Source of the DNA: Bacilli bacterium
Lineage (GTDB): Bacteria; Bacillota_I; Bacilli_A; RF39; UBA660
NCBI GenBank assembly: GCA_017548925.1
Contig: JAFYYX010000001.1
Coordinates: 169,551-233,550 of the forward strand
Direction: 5' to 3'
Length of the DNA stretch: 64,000 bases
Position 1 is the first letter of the stretch. Every line of letters starts with the position of its first letter. The notes below the pieces were generated by a model. The model saw nothing but the letters and a program-made list of their open reading frames with translations, did not search any database and was not told the DNA's origin. This document shows positions 40,023 to 50,082 of this stretch, in pieces. The position numbers and the translations under genes are program-made.

Positions 40023-40439
40023 CTAACGATTTACGTTAGTATTTTTTAATTGCTTAATTATTTCTAAATCAGCTGGAAGCCAGTTAACACTATCAATATC
40101 GTTTATAGTTAACCATTTATAGTCTTCATGTTCTAATTCTTGATCATTATGCTTCATATTTTCAATATTTTTACTAATAAGTGAACAAATATAAGTGTAC
40201 ATAATTAGATGAAATTCAGGATAATTATATTCAACAGTACAAAGAAAACTATCAACACTTATATCAGCATTTAGTTCTTCTTTGATTTCTCTTATTAAAG
40301 CATCTTTTTTATTTTCTAGAGTTTCTATTTTTCCTCCAGGAAATTCCCACATGCCTTTAAATTCTCCATAACCTCTTTGAGTTGCTAAATACTTATCATT
40401 ATTTTTTATAACAGCCGCTACTACTTCAATTGTTTTCAT
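40023..40439 (-). CDS. NUDIX hydrolase (MutT/NudG-like)
   Basis: WEFPGGK..REIKEEL Nudix box, WLPAD. Confidence 0.92.
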   Translation of the reverse strand: MKTIEVVAAVIKNNDKYLATQRGYGEFKGMWEFPGGKIETLENKKDALIREIKEELNADISVDSFLCTVEYNYPEFHLIMYTYICSLISKNIENMKHNDQELEHEDYKWLTINDIDSVNWLPADLEIIKQLKNTNVNR

Positions 40440-40536
40440 ATTTTCTATCTCCTTATCTAAAAAAATTATATATAAAAAATAGTATTAATTAAAATACTAT
40501 TTTTCTATATAAGATATAACTAAAAATTATATACCT

Positions 40537-41451
40537 TTATTCTTCAATATTTACTTCTAAGTAATCTGTAATAAATTTCTTAGGTGCTGTAGTTAAAAGG
40601 TTATAATCATATGCTATTTCAAGATCTACTGTAGGAAGTTTTTCTTTTACTTCAATAACTTCAATTTCACCATCTTTAACTCGAGATGAAATAATATCTT
40701 CCATTATGTAACCAATACCAAGTCCATGATTAACAAAAGATAGAATCATTTCACTTGTATGGATATTTATAACGTTATTAACTTTAATATTATGTTTAGC
40801 TAAAACTTCATCAAGTGCATTTCTATTAGCTGTTCCAGGTATTGGAAGAACTAGTGGTTTATTAACTAAATCTTTAATTGATTTAATATCTTTATAATTA
40901 AAAGATGTAACATCTTTTTTAACAGCAAATTTATAATTAACATCTCTTAATTTTTTTATTGTAAGTTCATCACTTTCTTCACCAATTATAGGTGCAGTAT
41001 CAACAATAAAATCAACTTTATGAGATCTAAATAAATCTAGTAGATATGCAGTACCACCGGTAATAACAGATATTTCAATATTAGGATATTTTTCATGAAA
41101 TGCTACAACTTTATCAAATAAGAAGAATATTCCTAAGTTTGATGGCATACCTATTGAAAGTTTTCCTCTTTCCAAGTTATCTGTTTCAACCATAACTCTT
41201 TCGGCAGTAATTAAAGTATTATATGATTTTTCAACATAATATAATAATTCTTTACCTTTTTCAGTTAAATCAACACCATTACTTTTTCTATAAAATAAAG
41301 TAGTATTTAAATCACTTTCTAGTTTTTTAATAGCTTTACTAATTGCAGGTTGTGAAGTAAAAGATGCTTCAGCTGCTTTGGAAATACTACCATATTTTGC
41401 TACGTCATAAAAAGTCTTGTAGAAGTTTAAATTGATATTACTTTTATACAT
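40537..41451 (-). CDS. LysR-family transcriptional regulator
   Basis: GSISKAA..SQPAISKAIKKLE..LFYR..LTEKG HTH plus substrate-binding domain. Confidence 0.95.
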   Translation of the reverse strand: MYKSNINLNFYKTFYDVAKYGSISKAAEASFTSQPAISKAIKKLESDLNTTLFYRKSNGVDLTEKGKELLYYVEKSYNTLITAERVMVETDNLERGKLSIGMPSNLGIFFLFDKVVAFHEKYPNIEISVITGGTAYLLDLFRSHKVDFIVDTAPIIGEESDELTIKKLRDVNYKFAVKKDVTSFNYKDIKSIKDLVNKPLVLPIPGTANRNALDEVLAKHNIKVNNVINIHTSEMILSFVNHGLGIGYIMEDIISSRVKDGEIEVIEVKEKLPTVDLEIAYDYNLLTTAPKKFITDYLEVNIEE

Positions 41452-41547
41452 ATCAAATCGCCTCAGTTCTAAATTAATATTATACCCATAATTTTATACT
41501 TGTAAACATTAAAGTATAAAATTTACAAATTTGTATATACTATTAAT

Positions 41548-41997
41548 ATGAAAAATATATTAAAGAAAAATATCGTTATAATAGGTTTAACTTTTTTAAT
41601 ACCGGGAATAATTTCTTTTTTAATAAAAGATAGTTTTGCAATGTATAAAAGTTTAGTTCAACCTAAATTTTCTCCACCAGCTTATTTCTTTCCAATAGCA
41701 TGGAGTGTTTTATATTTACTAATGTCTATTGCTGCTATATTAACAAAAGAAAATGATAAATGTTTAAAATTATATTATCTTCAATTATTTTTTAATATTA
41801 TATGGACACCTATATTCTTTTTATTTAAAAATTATTTATTAGCATTAATTGATTTACTAGTATTATTAGGTACAGTTTTATGTATGACTTATAAGTTCTT
41901 TAATGAAAACAATAAAACTATATATTTACTAATTCCTTATATATTATGGCTATTATTTGCTCTTTATCTGAATTACTTTGTGTACTTATATAATTAG
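41548..41997 (+). CDS. tspO: TspO/MBR tryptophan-rich sensory protein (probably leaderless)
   Basis: Y..L..P.FSPP..FPIAWS.LY, NIIWTPIFF, LIPYILWL.FA.YLN. Confidence 0.9.
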   Translation: MKNILKKNIVIIGLTFLIPGIISFLIKDSFAMYKSLVQPKFSPPAYFFPIAWSVLYLLMSIAAILTKENDKCLKLYYLQLFFNIIWTPIFFLFKNYLLALIDLLVLLGTVLCMTYKFFNENNKTIYLLIPYILWLLFALYLNYFVYLYN

Positions 41998-42034
41998 ATA
42001 AAATATGTTATAATTCTTTAAGGTGATTTAAAGA

Positions 42035-42745
42035 ATGATAACAATAAAAAATTTAAAAAAATCATATGGAAAAAATGAAGTTTTAAAAGGAATAAACTTA
42101 ACTATTAATGAAGGTGATATATATGCCTTTGTTGGATCTAATGGAGCAGGTAAAACTACTACTATTAAATCAATGCTTGGTATTTTACCTTTTGATTCAG
42201 GTGATGTTTTATATGATGATTTATCTATTAAAACAGATGGTCTTAAAATAAAAGAAGAACTAGCATATATACCAGATAATCCTGATATTTATGAACATTT
42301 AACAGGTCTTGAATATCTTAATTTTATTGCTGATATGTATGAAACAAGCGAAGAATACAGAAATAAAAAAATAAAAGAGTATGCTAAAGAATTAGAAATA
42401 GATACTAAACTAAATGATAAAATTGGAAGCTATTCTCATGGTATGAAGCAAAAAATAGTTATTATTTCTGCACTCATTCATGATCCTAAAGTAATAATTA
42501 TGGATGAACCATTTGTAGGACTTGACCCTATATCAACTCATACATTAAAAGAAATAATGAAGAAATTAACAAAAGAAGGAAAAATTATTTTCTTCTCAAC
42601 ACATGTACTTGATGTTGCTGAAAAATTATGTAATAAAATAGCAATTATTAAAAATGGAAAAATCATTGCTGAAGGTTCAATGAAAGAATTAACAAAGAAT
42701 TCTTCTCTAGAAGATATCTTTTTGGAACTTGTAAGTAATGAATAA
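42035..42745 (+). CDS. ABC transporter ATP-binding protein
   Basis: GSNGAGKTT, YSHGMKQK, MDEP. Confidence 0.95.
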   Translation: MITIKNLKKSYGKNEVLKGINLTINEGDIYAFVGSNGAGKTTTIKSMLGILPFDSGDVLYDDLSIKTDGLKIKEELAYIPDNPDIYEHLTGLEYLNFIADMYETSEEYRNKKIKEYAKELEIDTKLNDKIGSYSHGMKQKIVIISALIHDPKVIIMDEPFVGLDPISTHTLKEIMKKLTKEGKIIFFSTHVLDVAEKLCNKIAIIKNGKIIAEGSMKELTKNSSLEDIFLELVSNE

Positions 42746-44300
42746 ATTTCTAAGTTTAATGAAAGTTAATATCTTAGGTTTAATTAGAGGAAAAGAAAGA
42801 AAAAAGAAAAAAATATCACATGGAATAATTTTGATATTAGTAGGAGCATTATTCTTATATTATGCTTATAGATTTGCTAAACTTTCTATGAAAGGATTAG
42901 TATTTATTCATAGTGAATATATAATTCTACCTGAATTCTTTGCTATTTCATCTATACTACTTATATTTATTAACTATAAAAAAATAAATGGCTTATTTTT
43001 TAAAAGTAAAGATTTTGATCTTTTAGATGCTATGCCAATAAAAAGAAGTTATATAGTTATAAGCAAAATGTTAGAACTTTATTTATCTGCACTCGCAGTA
43101 ACATGTGTATTTTTGCTTCCAGCATATTACCTATATATAACTAACGTATCAACTGATATAGCATTTCATATTTATTATTTTATTTCTTTATTATTTGTAC
43201 CAATGATACCTGTATTTGTATCAACATGTATTGGATATTTAATTAGTTTTGTAAGTTCTTTCTTTAAAAGAAAAGATGTAGTGCAGCTAATTGGTAGTAT
43301 TTTAGTTATAGTAGGAGCTTATTATTTAGGACTTCATTCAACTAACTTAAATTCTAGTGATTATGCTAATTTTGGTAAAGTAATACTAGAAGTATTTAAT
43401 AGATATTATCCAATAACTATATTCTATAAGAATATTGTTATTGATTATGATATTCCATCATTATTCTTCTATATATTAATAAATGTAGGATTAATGGCTT
43501 TAATTACATTTATTATTACTAAGTCATTTGCATTTATTAATGGAAGATTACATCAAGCTCAAACAAGTAGAAATAAAAAAATTAAAGATAGAAAGAAATT
43601 AAGTAGAACTGGTACTCTTCTTAAAAAAGATTATAAAAGATTATTTTCATCAACTACATATTTACTTAATACATGTACTGGTGTAATAATTACAATTCTT
43701 TTATGCATAGGTTTTTTAAAAACAAAAAATGGTGGAGTATTTGGTGAACTAATTAATGGTACTAAAGCAGCAAAATATATTATACCTTTTATGTATTCTA
43801 TGTTTTTTGGATACATCTATCCAACAGCTGTATCTTTATCACTTGAAGGTAAAAACTTTTATATACTAAGAGTTTTACCACTATCATTTAAAAATATCAT
43901 AAAAGAAAAAGATATCTTTCATTTAAGTATATCTATTCCAATGACATTACTTGCATTTTTTACAATAATGTATAAATTAAATATGAGTATGTATACTGCA
44001 TCTTTAATATATTTATTTATGCTGTTAGTAGTATTCTTTTATTCAAAAATTCATTTACTTCTTGATGTTATATTTTTAAATATAACTTGGGAAAATGAAG
44101 TTAAATTAATTAAAAGAAGTATGCAAACAATCATATCTTTACTAATATCATTTAGTTTTATGTTTATTGGAGCTGCCATGAATTTAAATTCAGATTTAGA
44201 ATTATTAATTATTGATATAGGTGTATTAATGGCTATTATAATTACTCACATCATATTAGTTAAATTTGGTACTCATAAATTTAATAAAACTGTAGGTTAA
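42738..44300 (+). CDS. ABC-2 type exporter permease
   Basis: About 12 TM helices, SKDFDLL..MPI, SLEGKNFYILR.LP; overlaps the ATPase gene. Confidence 0.88.
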   Translation: MNKFLSLMKVNILGLIRGKERKKKKISHGIILILVGALFLYYAYRFAKLSMKGLVFIHSEYIILPEFFAISSILLIFINYKKINGLFFKSKDFDLLDAMPIKRSYIVISKMLELYLSALAVTCVFLLPAYYLYITNVSTDIAFHIYYFISLLFVPMIPVFVSTCIGYLISFVSSFFKRKDVVQLIGSILVIVGAYYLGLHSTNLNSSDYANFGKVILEVFNRYYPITIFYKNIVIDYDIPSLFFYILINVGLMALITFIITKSFAFINGRLHQAQTSRNKKIKDRKKLSRTGTLLKKDYKRLFSSTTYLLNTCTGVIITILLCIGFLKTKNGGVFGELINGTKAAKYIIPFMYSMFFGYIYPTAVSLSLEGKNFYILRVLPLSFKNIIKEKDIFHLSISIPMTLLAFFTIMYKLNMSMYTASLIYLFMLLVVFFYSKIHLLLDVIFLNITWENEVKLIKRSMQTIISLLISFSFMFIGAAMNLNSDLELLIIDIGVLMAIIITHIILVKFGTHKFNKTVG

Positions 44301-44383
44301 AATTAAAATAAATAGTTTTTATAACTATTTATTTTTTTTAATTATTATGGTATTCTACACATAAGGAAAAAAAGGTGATCTAT

Positions 44384-45061
44384 ATGCTAGTATGGGGAAA
44401 AAATGTCTTTAATGAAATTGATACTACTAAAATAAGAAAAGTATATATTGATAAAAATAAAGAAAGAGAATTTATTCCATATTTAAAAGAACATAAACTT
44501 AGATATGATTTAGTAGATAAAAGAGTCTTAGATGATATGTCTGCTAAGAATAACCAAGGTATTGTTGTTGATATTTATGATTATGAATATAAAGAGCTAG
44601 AATCATGCTATAACGATGATTTAGTTTTAATGCTTGATCACTTAGAAGATCCTCATAACTTTGGTGCTATCATAAGAACTTGTGAATGTGCTGGAGTAAA
44701 ACATATTATTATTCCAAAAGATAGATCAGTTAGAGTTAATGAAACTGTTATTAAAGTATCAACAGGAGCTATAAGCTATGTTGATGTAATCATGGTTTCA
44801 AATTTATCTAATGCTATTGATAAATTAAAGAATAATGGATTTTTTGTTTATGGAGCAGATATGGATGGTAAAAATTATACTGATGTAGATTATGCTGATA
44901 AGAAAGTTTTAATTATTGGTAATGAAGGAAAAGGAATAAGTAATATTGTTTCTGATAACTGTGATGAAATTATATCTATTCCTATGGAAGGTAAAATTAA
45001 TAGTTTAAATGCATCTGTTAGTGCTGGTATTTTAATATATGGAATCAAAGGTGTTAAATGA
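44384..45061 (+). CDS. rlmB: 23S rRNA G2251 2'-O-methyltransferase (TrmH family)
   Basis: DPHNFGAIIRT, IGNEGKG, SLNASV. Confidence 0.93.
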   Translation: MLVWGKNVFNEIDTTKIRKVYIDKNKEREFIPYLKEHKLRYDLVDKRVLDDMSAKNNQGIVVDIYDYEYKELESCYNDDLVLMLDHLEDPHNFGAIIRTCECAGVKHIIIPKDRSVRVNETVIKVSTGAISYVDVIMVSNLSNAIDKLKNNGFFVYGADMDGKNYTDVDYADKKVLIIGNEGKGISNIVSDNCDEIISIPMEGKINSLNASVSAGILIYGIKGVK

Positions 45062-45672
45062 AAAGCGAATACAAAGATGAACAGTTAATTGAACTTGTTC
45101 ATGAAAATAATGAAGATGCTAAAAGTATATTATTTAATCGATATAAGGATAAAATTGATTATTTAATTAAAAAATATACTATTGTTGCTAAAACACTTGG
45201 TATAGATATAAAAGATTTAAATCAAGAAGCTTTAGTTGGTTTTACTGATGCAATTTTAAATTATATACCTGAAAAAGAAGCATCTTTATCAACATATATT
45301 TGCGTATGTGTTGAAAGAAAAATTAAAAAAGCATGTATTAAAGCAAGTACTACTAAGCATCAAATAATGAAAGATACATTATCTCTTGATTATACTTATG
45401 ATGATATTAATATTCCGCTAAAAGAATTAATTGAAGATGTAGATTCCGATCCATTAATAAAAATTACAGAGCAAGAAAGATATGAAGAATTATTAGAACA
45501 AATCAAAAAATCATTAAGTGATAATGAAGCTCCAGTATTTGATTTAATGATTCTTGGACTTGACTATAAAGATATTGCAAATATTCTTGATAAAGAAGCT
45601 AAACAAATAGATAATGCAATTCAAAGAATTAAGTCAAAAATCAAAAAAATATTAGAAGAAAGAAATAAGTAA
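45058..45672 (+). CDS. sigH: RNA polymerase sigma factor, SigH-like
   Basis: DLNQEALVG, SLSTY, LSLD, YKDIA..KQIDNAIQRIKSK; syntenic between rlmB and secE. Confidence 0.85.
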   Translation: MKSEYKDEQLIELVHENNEDAKSILFNRYKDKIDYLIKKYTIVAKTLGIDIKDLNQEALVGFTDAILNYIPEKEASLSTYICVCVERKIKKACIKASTTKHQIMKDTLSLDYTYDDINIPLKELIEDVDSDPLIKITEQERYEELLEQIKKSLSDNEAPVFDLMILGLDYKDIANILDKEAKQIDNAIQRIKSKIKKILEERNK

Positions 45673-45761
45673 ATTTTTCTTGAAAAAAACACTTTTTCTT
45701 GATAATATATATTCAAGCACGAAAGTGTTTTTTATTTGAAAAAATTTAATGAGGTGTTTTT

Positions 45762-45977
45762 GTGAAAAAAGATAATGCAAAAAAACAAACAAAAGTTAAA
45801 AAAGAAGGTTACCTAAAGGGAGTTTCTAAAGAACTTTCTAAAGTAAAATGGCCTGAGAGAAAAGAAGTATTTAAATATACTATTTCTACAATTATTTTTA
45901 TTCTAATTGTAGTAGGTTTCTTCATTTTACTAACTATGGGAATGTCTTGGGTTATAAAAATGGTAAGGGGTGCATAA
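45762..45977 (+). CDS. secE: Preprotein translocase subunit SecE
   Basis: ELSKVKWP + single TM; upstream of nusG. Confidence 0.93.
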   Translation: MKKDNAKKQTKVKKEGYLKGVSKELSKVKWPERKEVFKYTISTIIFILIVVGFFILLTMGMSWVIKMVRGA

Positions 45978-45980
45978 TCT

Positions 45981-46514
45981 ATGGAAAAAGAATGGTATGT
46001 AGTTAATACTTATAGTGGACACGAAAGTAAAGTTAAAGAAAAACTTGAAATGCGTGCTGAATCTATGGGTATGCAAGATTACATTTTTAGAGTAATCGTT
46101 CCTGAAACAACTGAAGTTGAAGTAAAAGACGGAGTAAAAAAAGAAAAAACTAAAAAAATGTTCCCTGGTTATATTTTAGTTGAAATGATTATGACTGATG
46201 AAGCATGGCATTTAGTAAGAAATACTCCTGGTGTTACAGGATTAATTGGTTCTAGTGGACGTGGATCTAAACCAACTCCACTTTTACCTCAAGAAATTGA
46301 TAGAGTTTTAGCTAATATGGGACTTTCTCGTCTTAATATTGAATCTGAAATTGCTATTGGTGATGAAGTATCAATTACTGATGGTCCATTTAAAGGAATG
46401 CATGGTAAAGTTGATGCTATTAATGCAGAAACAAATCGTTTATCTATATTAATTGATTTATTTGGTCAAGAAACTTCAGTTGAGGTTGAATTATTCCAAG
46501 TAAGTAAAAACTAA
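45981..46514 (+). CDS. nusG: Transcription elongation factor NusG
   Basis: WYVVNTYSGHE, FPGYILVEM, NTPGVTG, KOW GPFKG. Confidence 0.97.
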   Translation: MEKEWYVVNTYSGHESKVKEKLEMRAESMGMQDYIFRVIVPETTEVEVKDGVKKEKTKKMFPGYILVEMIMTDEAWHLVRNTPGVTGLIGSSGRGSKPTPLLPQEIDRVLANMGLSRLNIESEIAIGDEVSITDGPFKGMHGKVDAINAETNRLSILIDLFGQETSVEVELFQVSKN

Positions 46515-46538
46515 AGAGTGATTTATCACTCTTTTTTT
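46513..46538 (+). terminator. Intrinsic terminator
   Basis: AAAGAGTGAT-tt-ATCACTCTTT + T run. Confidence 0.85.
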
Positions 46539-46593
46539 ATGTTTATATAAATAATAATTTAGTGTTATAATAAAAATATGGAGGATAATCTTT

Positions 46594-48570
46594 ATGGAAA
46601 ATAAAAAAACAACCACAACTAAAAAGAAAACAACAAGTTCAAGTGCAAAAAAACCTTCAACAGCTAAAAAGGTGAGTACTGGAACTAAAAAAACAACTAC
46701 TACTTCTAAAAGTGCTGCTGCAAAAAAAAGTACAACAACAAAAAAATCAGTAGCAACTAAAGCTGGAACAAAGAAAACATCATCAACTACTAAAAAAACG
46801 ACTGCAACTAAAAAAACAACTACAACAAAAAAACCTGCTACATCAAAAACAACATCTAAAAAAATAGACGCATTAATTAAAGAAGTTGATAAACCAATTG
46901 ATCCTATTGAAAAACTTATTAAAGAAAGTGAACAAAAGAAAAAGATTGAAGCAAAAGAAGTAGTTATTGAAGAACCAACTAAAAAAGAAGAAATCGTAGA
47001 AAGTAAAAATTATAATGAAAAACCAGAACTAGTAACAAAGAAGAAAAAACTTAAATTAAAAATAAAACCATTATTAAAATTATTAATTTTAATAATAGTT
47101 ATAGTTCTTGCAACTATATATGTACCTAAATTTTTTGATAAGAAAGATTCATACAAAGATAAAGCTACATATTCAACATCATTCTTTATTAAAAATAATA
47201 AAGGTAAATATGCTTTATTTAATGATAAAGGAAAAAAATTAACTGATTTTATTTTTGATTCTGCTAATTCATTTATTGATAATTCAGCATTAGTTTATAA
47301 AGAAAAAGAAGGATATAAAATTATTAATGAAAAAGGTAAAGATGTTGTTGCCTATGGAAAATATAATTATATTTCTAATTATTCTGGATTATATAAAGTA
47401 AGATCTGATAAAGGATATAAACTTTTAAATAGTGATGGCAAAACAATTATTGATGCAGAAGAACTTGATGTAAGTTCATATGGAGATGACTATCCATTTG
47501 TTATAGCTATAGCTAACAATGAAATAAAAATAATCTCTTATGATGGAACTGTAATTAAATCTTTAAAACAAAATAAAACTGCTAAATCACCAACAGTAAA
47601 CCATATAAGTGAATACTCAACACTATTTTATGATGGTACAACAATTGTGTTTAATGCAAAAACTAAAAAAGTAATAACTAAATTTAGTAGTAACACTCAT
47701 TATTGCGTTAATGATGCATCTGAAGATGGAAAAATCTTAACATTAAATGCATGTACTGCATGGTTCGAAACATTAACTGAAAACGGACACAAAGTTATTG
47801 TAAAAGATAAAGTAACTGATTTATCTAAAGATTGCGATTCACTTACAATTAATGAAAATATTGTTGTATGTTCATCAGTAAATGGTGATAGATTTGTTGA
47901 AATATCTGGTAAAAAAGCTAAACTAGGAAACAAAATTTCAAATAGAACTGCATATATCGATGAAGAAAATTATGTAACAAGAAATAATTCAACATATAAA
48001 CTAGAATTCTATAAAAAAGGTAAGAAAGTTAAAACAATGGATGCATCTCTTTCATCTATTGGTAAAATGTATAACGATATGTACGTTCTTTATGTAGATA
48101 ACGCATATGAATTCTATGGTAAAGATGGTAAAAAAGCTATCAAAGAAAGCTTTAAATACGCATCTTCATTTGATAAAAACAATCTTGCTAGAGTATCAAA
48201 AGATGGCTTGAAATACTATTTACTTAATGAAAAAGGTAAGAAAATTGGTGATGAATATTCATCAATTAGTAGTTATGATGAATACTACTTAGTATCTAAC
48301 AAAGATAACTTAAAAGGTATAATTAACAAAAAAGGTAAAGTTGTTATTGACACTAAATATTCTTCTATTAATATTAAACAAATTAGAGATAAATACTATG
48401 CTATTGCAACAACTAAAGAGGGTAAATACATATTATATAATCTTGATAATGGAAAACAAATTCAAAAATCAAGTGGAACAATAACTGTTAATGATCATTA
48501 TGTAAAAGTATCTGAAAATAATAAGACATCATATTATACATATAAAGGAAAACTTATTTATTCTGAATAA
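46594..48570 (+). CDS. Bitopic protein: Lys/Thr-rich N-terminal tail, TM, WG-repeat-like extracellular domain
   Basis: KKTT repeats aa 1-90; TM about aa 160-176; repeats such as GIINKKGKVVI, LLNEKGKKI. Confidence 0.82.
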   Translation: MENKKTTTTKKKTTSSSAKKPSTAKKVSTGTKKTTTTSKSAAAKKSTTTKKSVATKAGTKKTSSTTKKTTATKKTTTTKKPATSKTTSKKIDALIKEVDKPIDPIEKLIKESEQKKKIEAKEVVIEEPTKKEEIVESKNYNEKPELVTKKKKLKLKIKPLLKLLILIIVIVLATIYVPKFFDKKDSYKDKATYSTSFFIKNNKGKYALFNDKGKKLTDFIFDSANSFIDNSALVYKEKEGYKIINEKGKDVVAYGKYNYISNYSGLYKVRSDKGYKLLNSDGKTIIDAEELDVSSYGDDYPFVIAIANNEIKIISYDGTVIKSLKQNKTAKSPTVNHISEYSTLFYDGTTIVFNAKTKKVITKFSSNTHYCVNDASEDGKILTLNACTAWFETLTENGHKVIVKDKVTDLSKDCDSLTINENIVVCSSVNGDRFVEISGKKAKLGNKISNRTAYIDEENYVTRNNSTYKLEFYKKGKKVKTMDASLSSIGKMYNDMYVLYVDNAYEFYGKDGKKAIKESFKYASSFDKNNLARVSKDGLKYYLLNEKGKKIGDEYSSISSYDEYYLVSNKDNLKGIINKKGKVVIDTKYSSINIKQIRDKYYAIATTKEGKYILYNLDNGKQIQKSSGTITVNDHYVKVSENNKTSYYTYKGKLIYSE

Positions 48571-48587
48571 AAAAAGAAATATCTAAC

Positions 48588-49367
48588 TTAAGTTAGATAT
48601 TTTTTTAATTTGTTTTCAATTATGTTTATAACTAAATATAAGATATATGACAAAGTCATAAGAATAACAATACCACTCATAACAAGTGTTAAATTAAAAA
48701 CCTGAGTACCATAAATTATTAAATAACCAATTCCGGCTTTACTTACCAGAAATTCTCCCATAATAACTCCAATTAGCGTCATTGATATATTTATTTTTAG
48801 ACTGCTTATAAGTGTTTTATATGATGATGGTATTACTAGATATTTTAGTTTTTGAAATTTTGTAACATTAAGTGTTTTTAGATAGTTTTCTAAATATATA
48901 TTTGTATTTAAAAAACTATTATATATTGTTAGTATGTTTAAAATTAATGTTATCGATAGAGCTGTAATTATAATACTATTTTGATTAGCTCCAAAAAGTA
49001 TAATTATAATTGGACCTATTGCAATTTTAGGCGTTGAATTAAGCATTGTTAATAATGGCTCGATAACCTTAAAAATAGTTTTAAAGTGATATAAAAATAT
49101 TGAAATAATAAAACTGATAATAATACTTAATATAAATGAAATTATTGTTTCATGTAGTGTTACATTTATGTGAATAAATAAATTATTGTTTGTATATAAC
49201 TTTCTAATACAATCCAATATTTTTGATGGGGAAGAAAAAATAAATGAATTAATAATATGGTATTTTGATAATAATTCCCAACTAATTAGAAATATAATAA
49301 TTATGAAAAATCTAAGAAAATGAATTAATAGTTTTTTAGTTTTCAAACATATCCAAATCCTTTCCAA
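48588..49367 (-). CDS. ABC permease (SsuC/YtlD-like); start uncertain
   Basis: PSKI, NSTPKIAIGP, GVIMGEFL..KAGIGYLI. Confidence 0.9.
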   Translation of the reverse strand: MERIWICLKTKKLLIHFLRFFIIIIFLISWELLSKYHIINSFIFSSPSKILDCIRKLYTNNNLFIHINVTLHETIISFILSIIISFIISIFLYHFKTIFKVIEPLLTMLNSTPKIAIGPIIIILFGANQNSIIITALSITLILNILTIYNSFLNTNIYLENYLKTLNVTKFQKLKYLVIPSSYKTLISSLKINISMTLIGVIMGEFLVSKAGIGYLIIYGTQVFNLTLVMSGIVILMTLSYILYLVINIIENKLKKYLT

Positions 49368-50082
49368 TTAATTCATAATAGGATAAAAATAATTTTTCCT
49401 TCCTTCTTTCTATAGGTAATAAGTTTTTATCAAATTGTAGTGAGTAAATATTTTTAATGTGTGCTGGTCTTTTTGATAAAACTATTATTCGATCTGATAA
49501 ACTTATTGCTTCGCTAATATCGTGAGTTACTAAAATAGTTGTAATATTATTTTCTTTAGCTAGTTTATATACATCTGAACTTATTGATATTCTTGATTGG
49601 TAATCTAGTTGCGAAAATGGTTCATCAAGTAAAAGTAGTTTAGGTTTTAAACCTAAGGTTCTAATTAAAGATAACCTTTGTTTCATTCCACCGGATAGTT
49701 CGCTTGGATACTTGTATTTAAATTCATATAAACCATATTTTTTTAACAAGTTATCAATATAATTATTATTATTAATATTTTTCATTTTTGCAGCAAATAA
49801 AGCATTTTTTTCAACATTAAGCCATGGGAAAAGTGCTGCTTCTTGCATCATGTAACCAATAGAATCAGTATTATCAAAAAAATAATTAATATATCCAGAT
49901 GATTCTTTATCAAGATTTGCTATTATATTTAATAATGTTGATTTACCACATCCAGATGTACCAACGATAGAAATAAATTCACCTTTAAATATATCAATAT
50001 TAATATTGATTAGAACATTAATAGGTTCATTAACATTAAAAGTTTTGTTTAAATTTTTAATAGATAATAATTTATCATTCAT
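49336..50082 (-). CDS. ABC ATP-binding protein (SsuB/YtlC-like)
   Basis: GTSGCGKST, LSGGMKQR, LLDEPFSQLD. Confidence 0.93.
   Translation of the reverse strand: MNDKLLSIKNLNKTFNVNEPINVLININIDIFKGEFISIVGTSGCGKSTLLNIIANLDKESSGYINYFFDNTDSIGYMMQEAALFPWLNVEKNALFAAKMKNINNNNYIDNLLKKYGLYEFKYKYPSELSGGMKQRLSLIRTLGLKPKLLLLDEPFSQLDYQSRISISSDVYKLAKENNITTILVTHDISEAISLSDRIIVLSKRPAHIKNIYSLQFDKNLLPIERRKEKLFLSYYELIGKDLDMFEN

Noticed and set aside
26818-40500. Integrative element at tmRNA or tRNA-Cys
   Set aside because: No integrase, transposase, phage gene or duplicated 3' att sequence seen
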